From: Octopus vulgaris
Taxonomy: Eukaryota
DNA length: 64,000 nt
Direction: 5' to 3'
NCBI GenBank assembly: GCA_951406725.2
Contig: OX597820.1
Location: forward strand, 7,998,001 to 8,062,000
Below are positions 53,701 to 64,000 of this stretch, piece after piece. Numbering within the stretch: the first letter of the stretch is position 1; the number at the start of each line of letters is the position of its first letter. The translations under genes and the position numbers were made by a program. Under the pieces are notes generated by a model that saw nothing but the letters and a program-made list of their open reading frames with translations, made no database searches and was not told the origin of the DNA.

Positions 53701-56700
53701 ACATTCCAGAGAGGGGGATTTGAAGGTGAATGGGAAGAAGGGATGGAAGGAATATTGAACATTCCAGAGAGGGGGATTTGAAGGTGAAGGGGAGGAAGGG
53801 ATGGAAGGAATATTGAACATTCCAGAGAGGGGGATTTGAAGGTGAAGGGGAGGAAGGGGAGGAGGGAATATTGAACATTCCAGAGAGGGGGATTTGAAGG
53901 TGAAGGGGAGGAAGGAATGGAAGGAATATTAAACATTCCAGAGAGGGGGATTTGAAGGTGAATGGGAAGAAGGGATGGAAGGAATATTGAACATTCCAGA
54001 GAGGGTGATTTGAAGGTGAAGGGGAGGAAGGAATGGAAGGAATATTGAACATTCCAGAGAGGGGGATTTGAAGGTGAATGGGAAGAAGGGATGGAAGGAA
54101 TATTGAACATTCCAGAGAGGGGGATTTGAGGGTGAAGAGGAGGAAGGGATGGAAGGAATATTGAACATTCCAGAGAGGGGGATTTGAAGGTGAAGGGGAG
54201 GAAGGGATGAAAGGAATATTGAACATTCCAGAGAGGGGGATTTGAAGGTGAAGGGGAGGAAGGAATGGAAGGAATATTGAACATTCCAGAGAGGGGGATT
54301 TGAAGGTGAAGGGGAGGAAGGGATGGAAGGAATATTGAACATTCCAGAGAGGGTGATTTGAAGGTGAAGGGGAGGAAGGGGAGGAAGGAATATTGAACAT
54401 TCCAGAGAGGGGGATTTGAAGGTGAAGGGAGGAAGGGATGGAAGGAATATTGAACATTCCAGAGAGGGGGATTTGAAGGTGAAGGGGAGGAAGGGGGGAA
54501 GAAATATTAAACATTCCAGAGAGGGGATTTGAAGGTGAAGGGGAGGAAGGGATGGAAGGAATATTGAACATTCCAGAGAGGGGGATTTGAAGGTGAAGGG
54601 GAGGAAGGATGGAAGGAATATTGAACATTCCAGAGTGGGGATTTGAAGGTGAAGGAGGAAGGGATGGAAGGAATATTAAACATTCCAGAGAGGGGGATTT
54701 GAAGGTGAAGGGGAGGAAGGGATGGAAGGAATATTAAACATTCCAGAGAGGGGGATTTGAAGGTGAAGAGGAGGAAGGGATGGAAGGAATATTGAACATT
54801 CCAGAGAGGGGGATTTGAAGGTGAAGGGGGGGAAGGGGAAGATGGAATATTAAACATTCCAGAGAGGGGGATTTGAAGGTGAAGGGGAGGAAGGAATGGA
54901 AGGAATATTGAACATTCCAGAGAGGGGGATTTGAAGGTGAAGGGGAGGAAGGGATGGAAGGAATATTAAACATTCCAGTGAGGGGGATTTGAAGGTGAAG
55001 GGGAGGAAGGAATGGAAGGAATATTAAACATTCCAGAGAGGGGGATTTGAAGATGAATGGGAAGAAGGGATGGAAGGAATATTGAACATTCCAGAGAGGG
55101 GGATTTGAAGATGAAGGGAGGAAGGGATGGAAGGAATATTAAACATTCCAGAGTGGGGGATTTGAAGGTGAAGGAGAGTAAGGGATGGAAGGAATATGAA
55201 ACATTCCAGAGAGGGGGATTTGAAGGTGAAGGGGAGGAAGGGATGGAAGGAATATTGAATATTCCAGAGAGGGGGATTTGAAGGTGAAGGGGAGGAAGGG
55301 ATGGAAGGAATATTTAACATTCCAGAGAGGGGGATTTGAAGATGAAGGGAGGAAGGGGATGGAAGGAATATTGAACATTCCAGAGAGGGGGATTTGAAGG
55401 TGAAGGGGAGGAAGGGATGGAAGTAATATTAAACATTCCAGTGAGGGGGATTTGAAGGTGAAGGGGAGGAAGGGATGGAAGGAATATTAAACATTCCAGA
55501 GAGGGGGATTTGAAGGTGAAGGGGAGGAAGGGGAGGAAGGAATATTGAACATTCCAGAGAGGGGTTTTGAAGGTGAAGGGGAGGAAGGGATGGAAGGAAT
55601 ATTAAACATTCCAGAGAGGGGGATTTGAAGGTGAAGGGGAGGAAGGGATGGAAGGAATATTGAACATTCCAGAGAGGGGGATTTGAAGGTGAAGGGAGGA
55701 AGGAATGGAAGGAATATTGAACATTCCAGAGAGGGGGATTTGAAGGTGAAGGGGAGGAAGGGATGGAAGGAATATTGAACATTCCAGAGAGGGGGATTTG
55801 AAGGTGAAGGAGAGGAAGGGGAGGAAGGAATATTGAACATTCCAGAGAGGGGGATTTGAAGGTGAAGGGGAGGAAGGAATGGAAGGAATATTAAACATTC
55901 CAGAGAGGGGGATTTGAAGGTGAAGGGGAGGAAGTGATAGAAGAAATATTGAACATTCCAGAGAGGGGGATTTGAAGGTGAAGGGAGGAAGGGATGGAAG
56001 GAATATTGAACATTCCAGAGAGGGGGATTTGAAGGTGAAGGGGAGGAAAGGGAGGAAGGAATATTGAACATTCCAGAGAGGGGGATTTGAAGGTGAAGGG
56101 GAGGAAGGAATGGAAGGAATATTAAACATTCCAGAGAGGGGGATTTGAAGGTGAAGGGAGGAAGGGGATGGAAGGAATATTGAACATTCCAGAGAGGGGG
56201 ATTTGAAGGTGAAGGGGATGAAGGAATGGAAGGAATATTAAACATTCCAGAGAGGGGGATTTAAAGGTGAATGGGAAGAAGGGATGGAAGGAATATTGAA
56301 CATTCCAGAGAGGGGGATTTGAGGGTGAAGAGGAGGAAGGGATGCAAGGAATATTGAACATTCCAGAGAGGGGGATTTGAAGGTGAATGGGAAGAAGGGG
56401 GGAAGAAATATTAAACATTCCAGAGAGGGGGATTTGGAGGTGAAGGGGAGGAAGGGATGGAAGGAATATTGAACATTCCAGAGAGGGGGATTTGAAGGTG
56501 AAGGGGAGGAAGGAATGGAAGGAATATTGAACATTCCAGAGAGGGGGATTTGAAGGTGAAGGGGAGGAAGGAATGGAAGGAATATTGAACATTCCAGTGA
56601 GGGGGATTTGAAGGTGAAGGGGAGGAAGGATGGAAGGAATATTGAACATTCCAGAGAGGGGGATTTGAAGGTAAGGGAGGGAGAAGGATGGAAGGAATAT

Positions 56701-59700
56701 TAAACATTCCAGAGAGGGGGATTTGAAGGTGAAGGGAGGAAGGGATGGAAGGAATATTGAACATTCCAGAGAGGGGGATTTGAAGGTGAAGGGGATGAAG
56801 GTATGGAAGAATATTAACATTCCAGAGAGGGGGATTTGAAGGTGAATGGGAGGAAGGGATGGAAGGAATATTGAACATTCCAGAGAGGGGGATTTGAAGG
56901 TGAAGGGGAGGAAGGGAGGAAGGAATATTAAACATTCCAGAGAGTGGGATTTGAAGGTGATGAGGAGGAAGGGATGGAAGGAATATTGAACATTCCAGAG
57001 AGGGGGATTTGAAGGTGAAGGGGAGGAAGGGGAGGAAGGAATATTAAACATTCCAGAGAGGGGGATTTGAAGGTGAAGGGAGGAAGGAATGGAAGGAATA
57101 TTAAACATTCCAGAGAGGGGGATTTGAAGGTGAATTTGGAGGAAAGGATGGAAGGAATATTAAACATTCCAGAGAGGGGGATTTGAAGGTGAAGGGGAGG
57201 AAGTGATGGAAGGAATATTAAACATTCCAGAGAGGGGGATTTGAAGGTGAAGGAGAGTAAGGGATGGAAGGAATATTGAACATTCCAGAGAGGGGGATTT
57301 GAAGGTGAAGGGGAGGAAGGGATGGAAGGAATATTAAACATTCCAGAGAGGGGGATTTGAAGGTGAAGGAGAGTAAGGGATGGAAGGAATATTGAACATT
57401 CCAGAGAGGGGGATTTGAAGGTGAAGGGGAGGAAGGAATGGTAGGAAAATTGAACATTCCAAAGAGGGGGATTTCAGGGTGAAGACGAGGAAGGGATGGA
57501 AGGAATATTGAACATTCCAGAGAGGGGGATTTGAAGGTGAAGGGGAGGAAGGGGAGGAAGAAATATTGAACATTCCATAGAGGGGGATTTGAAGGTGAAG
57601 GGGAGGAAGGAATGAAAGGAATATTAAACATTCCAGAAAGGGGGATTTGAAGGTGAATGGGAGGAAGGGATGGAAGGAATAGTAAACATTCCAGAGAGGG
57701 GGATTTGAAGATGAAGGGGAGGAAGGGATGGAAGGAATATTAAACATTCCAGAGAGGGGGATTTGAAGGTGAAGGAGAGTAAGGGATGGAAGGAATATTA
57801 AACATTCCAGAGAGGGGGATTTGAAGGTGAAGGGGAGGAAGAGATGGAAGAAATATTGAACATTCCAGAGAGGGGGATTTGAAGGTGAAGGGGAGGAAGG
57901 GATGGAAGGAATATTGAACATTCCAGAGAGGGGGATTTAAAGGTGAAGGGGAGGAAGGAATGGAAGGAATATTGAACATTCCAGAGAGGGGGATTTGAAG
58001 GTGAAGGGGAGGAAGGGATGGAAGGAATATTGAACATACCAGAGAGGGGGATTTGAGGGTGAATAGGAGGAAGGGATGCAAGGAATATTGAACATTCCAG
58101 AGAGGGGGATTTGAAGGTGAAGGGGAGGAAGGGATGGAAGGAATATTAAACATTCCAGAGAGGGGGATTTGAAGGTGAAGGGGAGGAAGGGATGGAAGGA
58201 ATATTGAACATTCCAGAGAGGGGGATTTGAAGGTGAAGGGGAGGAAGGGATGGAAGGAATATTGAACATTCCAGAGAGGGGGATTTGAAGGTGAAGGGGA
58301 GGAAGGGATGGAAGGAATATTGAACATTCCAGAGAGGGGGATTTGAAGGTGAAGGGGAGGAAGGGATGGAAGGAATATTAAACATTCCAGAGAGGGGGAT
58401 TTGAAGGTGAAGGGAGGAAGGGATGGAAGGAATATTGAACATTCCAGAGAGGGGGATTTGAAGGTGAAGGGGAGGAAGGGATGGAAGGAATATTGAACAT
58501 TCCAGAGAGGGGGATTTGAAGGTGAAGGGGAGGAAGGGATGGAAGGAATATTGAACATTCCAGAGAGGGGGATTTGAAGGTGAAGGGGAGGAAGGGATGG
58601 AAGGAATATTGAACATTCCAGAGAGGGGGATTTGAAGGTGAAGGGAGGAAGGGATGGAAGGAATATTGAACATTCCAGAGAGGGGGATTTGAAGGTGAAG
58701 GGGAGGAAGGGATGGAAGGAATATTGAACATTCCAGAGAGGGGGATTTGAAGGTGAAGGGGAGGAAGGGATGGAAGGAATATTGAACATTCCAGAGAGGG
58801 GGATTTGAAGGTGAAGGGGAGGAAGGGATGGAAGGAATATTAAACATTCCAGAGAGGGGGATTTGAAGGTGAAGGGAGGAAGGGATGGAAGGAATATTGA
58901 ACATTCCAGAGAGGGGATTTGAAGGTGAAGGGAGGAAGGGATGGAAGGAATATTAAACATTCCAGAGAGGGGGATTTGAAGGTGAAGGGGAGGAAGGGAT
59001 GGAAGGAATATTAAACATTCCAGAGAGGGGGATTTGAAGGTGAAGGGGAGGAAGGGATGGAAGGAATATTAAACATTCCAGAGAGGGGGATTTGAAGGTG
59101 AAGGGGAGGAAGGGATGGAAGGAATATTAAACATTCCAGAGAGGGGGATTTGAAGGTGAAGGGAGGAAGGGATGGAAGGAATATTAAACATTCCAGAGAG
59201 GGGGATTTGAAGGTGTAGGGGAGGAAGGGATGGAAGGAATATTAAACATTCCAGAGAGGGGGATTTGAAGGTGAAGGGGAGGAAGGGATGGAAGGAATAT
59301 TAAACATTCCAGAGAGGGGGATTTGAAGGTGAAGGGGAGGAAGGGATGGAAGGAATATTGAACATTCCAGAGAGGGGGATTTGAAGGTGAAGGGGAGGAA
59401 GGGAAGGAATATTAAACATTCCAGAGAGGGGGATTTGAGGGTGAAGAGGAGGAAGGGATGCAAGGAATATTAAACATTCCAGAGAGGGGGATTTGAAGGT
59501 GAAGGGGAGGAAGGGATGGAAGGAATATTGAACATTCCAGAGAGGGGGATTTGAAGGTGAAGGGGAGGAAGGGATGGAAGGAATATTAAACATTCCAGAG
59601 AGGGGGATTTGAAGGTGAAGGGGAGGAAGGGATGGAAGGAATATTAAACATTCCAGAGAGGGGGATTTGAAGGTGAAGGGAGGAAGGGATGGAAGGAATA

Positions 59701-62700
59701 TTAAACATTCCAGAGAGGGGGATTTGAAGGTGAAGGGGAGGAAGGGATGGAAGGAATATTGAACATTCCAGAGGGGGATTTGAAGGTGAAGGGGAGGAAG
59801 GGATGGAAGGAATATTAAACATTCCAGAGAGGGGGATTTGAAGGTGAAGGGAGGAAGGGATGGAAGGAATATTGAACATTCCAGAGAGGGGGATTTGAAG
59901 GTGAAGGGGAGGAAGGGATGGAAGGAATATTAAACATTCCAGAGAGGGGGATTTGAAGGTGAAGGGGAGGAAGGGATGGAAGGAATATTAAACATTCCAG
60001 AGAGGGGGATTTGAAGGTGAAGGGGAGGAAGGGATGGAAGGAATATTAAACATTCCAGAGAGGGGGATTTGAAGGTGAAGGGGAGGAAGGGATGGAAGGA
60101 AAATTAAACATTCCAGAGAGGGGGATTTGAAGGTGAAGGGGAGGAAGGGATGGAAGGAATATTAAACATTCCAGAGAGGGGGATTTGAAGGTGAAGGGAG
60201 GAAGGGATGGAAGGAATATTGAACATTCCAGAGAGGGGGATTTGAAGGTGAAGGGAGGAAGGGATGGAAGGAATATTAAACATTCCAGAGAGGGGGATTT
60301 GAAGGTGAAGGGGAGGAAGGGATGGAAGGAATATTAAACATTCCAGAGAGGGGGATTTGAAGGTGAATGGGAGGAAGGGATGGAAGGAATATTGAACATT
60401 CCAGAGAGGGGGATTTGAAGGTGAAGGGGAGGAAGGGATGGAAGGAATATTGAACATTCCAGAGAGGGGGATTTGAAGGTGAAGAGGAAGTGAAGGAGGA
60501 AGGGATGGAAGGAATATTAAACATTCCAGAGAGGGGGATTTGAAGGTGAAGGGGAGGAAGGGATGGAAGGAATATTAAACATTCCAGAGAGGGGGATTTG
60601 AAGGTGAAGGGGAGGAAGGGATGGAAGGAATATTAAACATTCCAGAGAGGGGGATTTGAAGGTGAAGGGGAGGAAGGGATGGAAGGAATATTAAACATTC
60701 CAGAGAGGGGGATTTGAAGGTGAAGGGGAGGAAGGGATGGAAGGAATATTGAACATTCCAGAGAGGGGGATTTGAAGGTGAAGGGAGGAAGGGATGGAAG
60801 GAATATTGAACATTCCAGAGAGGGGGATTTGAAGGTGAAGGGGAGGAAGGGATGGAAGGAATATTGAACATTCCAGAGAGGGGGATTTGAAGGTGAAGGG
60901 GAGGAAGGGATGGAAGGAATATTGAACATTCCAGAGGGGGATTTGAAGGTGAAGGGGAGGAAGGGATGGAAGGAATATTGAACATTCCAGAGAGGGGGAT
61001 TTGAAGGTGAAGGAGGAAGGGATGGAAGGAATATTGAACATTCCAGAGAGGGGGATTTGAAGGTGAAGGGAGGAAGGGATGGAAGGAATATTGAACATTC
61101 CAGAGAGGGGGATTTGAAGGTGAAGGGGAGGAAGGGATGGAAGGAATATTGAACATTCCAGAGAGGGGGATTTGAAGGTGAAGGGGAGGAAGGGATGGAA
61201 GGAATATTGAACATTCCAGAGAGGGGGATTTGAAGGTGAAGGGGAGGAAGGGATGGAAGGAATATTGAACATTCCAGAGAGGGGGATTTGAAGGTGAAGG
61301 GGAGGAAGGGATGGAAGGAATATTGAACATTCCAGAGAGGGGGATTTGAAGGTGAAGGGGAGGAAGGGATGGAAGGAATATTTAACATTCCAGAGAGGGG
61401 GATTTGAAGGTGAAGGGGAGGAAGGGGATGGAAGGAATATTAAACATTCCAGAGAGGGGGATTTGAAGGTGAAGGGGAGGAAGGGATGGAAGGAATATTA
61501 AACATTCCAGAGAGGGGGATTTGAAGGTGAAGGGGAGGAAGGGATGGAAGGAATATTGAACATTCCAAAGAGGGGGATTTGAAGGTGAAGGGGAGGAAGG
61601 GATGGAAGGAATATTGAACATTCCAGAGAGGGGGATTTGAAGGTGAAGGGGAGGAAGGGATGGAAGGAATATTAAACATTCCAGAGAGGGGGATTTGAAG
61701 GTGAAGGGAGGAAGGGATGGAAGGAATATTAAACATTCCAGAGAGGGGGATTTGAAGGTGAAGGGGAGGAAGGGATGGAAGGAATATTAAACATTCCAGA
61801 GAGGGGGATTTAGAAGGTGAAGGGGGGAGGAAGGGATGGAAGGAATATTAAACATTCCAGAGAGGGGGATTTGAAGGTGAAGGGGAGGAAGGGATGGAAG
61901 GAATATTAAACATTCCAGAGAGGGGGATTTGAAGGTGAAGGGGAGGAAGGGATGGAAGGAATATTGAACATTCCAGAGAGGGGGATTTGAAGGTGAAGGG
62001 GAGGAAGGATGGAAGGAATATTGAACATTCCAGAGGGGGATTTGAAGGTGAGGGAGGAAGGGATGGAAGGAATATTGAACATTCCAGAGAGGGGGATTTG
62101 AAGGTGAAGGGAGGAAGGGATGGAAGGAATATTAAACATTCCAGAGAGGGGGATTTGAAGGTGAAGGGAGGAAGGGGATGGAAGGAATATTAAACATTCC
62201 AGAGAGGGGGATTTGAAGGTGAAGGGAGGAAGGGATGGAAGGAATATTAAACATTCCAGAGAGGGGGATTTGAAGGTGAAGGGAGGAAGGGATGGAAGGA
62301 ATATTGAACATTCCAGAGAGGGGGATTTGAAGGTGAAGGGGAGGAAGGGATGGAAGGAATATTAAACATTCCAGAGAGGGGGATTTGAAGGTGAAGGGGA
62401 GGAAGGATGGAAGGAATATTAAACATTCCAGAGAGGGGGATTTGAAGGTGAAGGGGAGGAAGGGATGGAAGGAATATTGAACATTCCAGAGAGGGGGATT
62501 TGAAGGTGAAGGGGAGGAAGGGATGGAAGGAATATTGAACATTCCAGAGAGGGGATTTGAAGGTGAAGGGGAGGAAGGGATGGAAGGAATATTAAACATT
62601 CCAGAGAGGGGATTTGAAGGTGAAGGGAGGAAGGGATGGAAGGAATATTGAACATTCCAGAGAGGGGGATTTGAAGGTGAAGGGAGGAAGGGATGGAAGG

Positions 62701-64000
62701 AATATTGAACATTCCAGAGAGGGGGATTTGAAGGTGAAGGGGAGGAAGGGATGGAAGGAATATTAAACATTCCAGAGAGGGGGATTTGAAGGTGAAGGGA
62801 GGAAGGGATGGAAGGAATATTGAACATTCCAGAGAGGGGGATTTGAAGGTGAAGGGGAGGAAGGGATGGAAGGAATATTAAACATTCCAGAGAGGGGGAT
62901 TTGAAGGTGAAGGGGAGGAAGGGATGGAAGGAATATTGAACATTCCAGAGAGGGGGATTTGAAGGTGAAGGGGAGGAAGGGATGGAAGGAATATTGAACA
63001 TTCCAGAGAGGGGGATTTGAAGGTGAAGGGAGGAAGGGATGGAAGGAATATTGAACATTCCAGAGAGGGGGATTTGAAGGTGAAGGGGAGGAAGGGGATG
63101 GAAGGAATATTAAACATTCCAGAGAGGGGGATTTGAAGGTGAAGGGGAGGAAGGGATGGAAGGAATATTAAACATTCCAGAGAGGGGGATTTGAAGGTGA
63201 AGGGGAGGAAGGGATGGAAGGAATATTAAACATTCCAGAGAGGGGGATTTGAAGGTGAAGGGGAGGAAGGGATGGAAGGAATATTGAACATTCCAGAGAG
63301 GGGGATTTGAAGGTGAAGGGGAGGAAGGGATGGAAGGAATATTAAACATTCCAGAGAGGGGGATTTGAAGGTGAAGGGAGGAAGGGATGGAAGGAATATT
63401 AAACATTCCAGAGAGGGGGATTTGAAGGTGAAGGGGAGGAAGGGATGGAAGGAATATTGAACATTCCAGAGAGGGGGATTTGAAGGTGAAGGGAGGAAGG
63501 GATGGAAGGAATATTGAACATTCCAGAGAGGGGGATTTGAAGGTGAAGGGAGGAAGGGATGGAAGGAATATTGAACATTCCAGAGAGGGGGATTTGAAGG
63601 TGAAGGGGAGGAAGGGGATGGAAGGAATATTAAACATTCCAGAGAGGGGGATTTGAAGGTGAAGGGGAGGAAGGGATGGAAGGAATATTAAACATTCCAG
63701 AGAGGGGGATTTGAAGGTGAAGGGGAGGAAGGGATGGAAGGAATATTAAACATTCCAGAGAGGGGGATTTGAAGGTGAAGGGGAGGAAGGGATGGAAGGA
63801 ATATTGAACATTCCAGAGAGGGGGATTTGAAGGTGAAGGGGAGGAAGGGATGGAAGGAATATTAAACATTCCAGAGGGGGATTTGAAGGTGAAGGGGAGG
63901 AAGGGATGGAAGGAATATTAAACATTCCAGAGAGGGGGATTTGAAGGTGAAGGGGAGGAAGGGATGGAAGGAATATTAAACATTCCAGAGAGGGGGATTT
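50790..64000. repeat. 58-bp tandem satellite, >13 kb (~225 units), continuing beyond the window
   Basis: Consensus aacattccagagagggggatttgaaggtgaaggggaggaagggatggaaggaatatt(g/a). Confidence 0.99.

Noticed and set aside
50782-63869. Long Pro/Ser-rich minus-strand ORFs (up to 562 aa)
   Set aside because: They are translations of a 58-bp (non-triplet) satellite cycling through all frames, broken by random indels and stops.

Overview
This is eukaryotic, repeat-dominated non-coding DNA, probably from an octopod cephalopod (inferred from the extreme microsatellite density and the tRNA-derived SINE families; not database-confirmed). No host protein-coding gene can be supported, and almost all ORF-track entries are microsatellite or satellite artefacts. 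Bases 1-50.8 kb are a mosaic of simple repeats and mobile elements. These include a near-intact mariner (frameshifted DD34D transposase, TIRs, TA TSD), decayed mariner and Tc1/DD37D relics, and two stacked 5'-truncated RLE-type (R4/Dong-like) LINEs in (TAA)n. Also present are CR1/RTE fragments, three SINE families, two non-autonomous Helitron-like elements and a 19-20 bp minisatellite. From about 50.8 kb to the window end lies a 58-bp purine-rich satellite. Two signals stand out. First, five different short modules embedded in (TA)n tracts carry type-I hammerhead ribozyme motifs; three families have intact cores, one is decayed and one has a variant core, and one intact copy is preceded by its own antisense hairpin. 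Second, a pentameric SINE is enclosed by one 15-bp TSD, and its head-to-tail junction recurs at unlinked copies.
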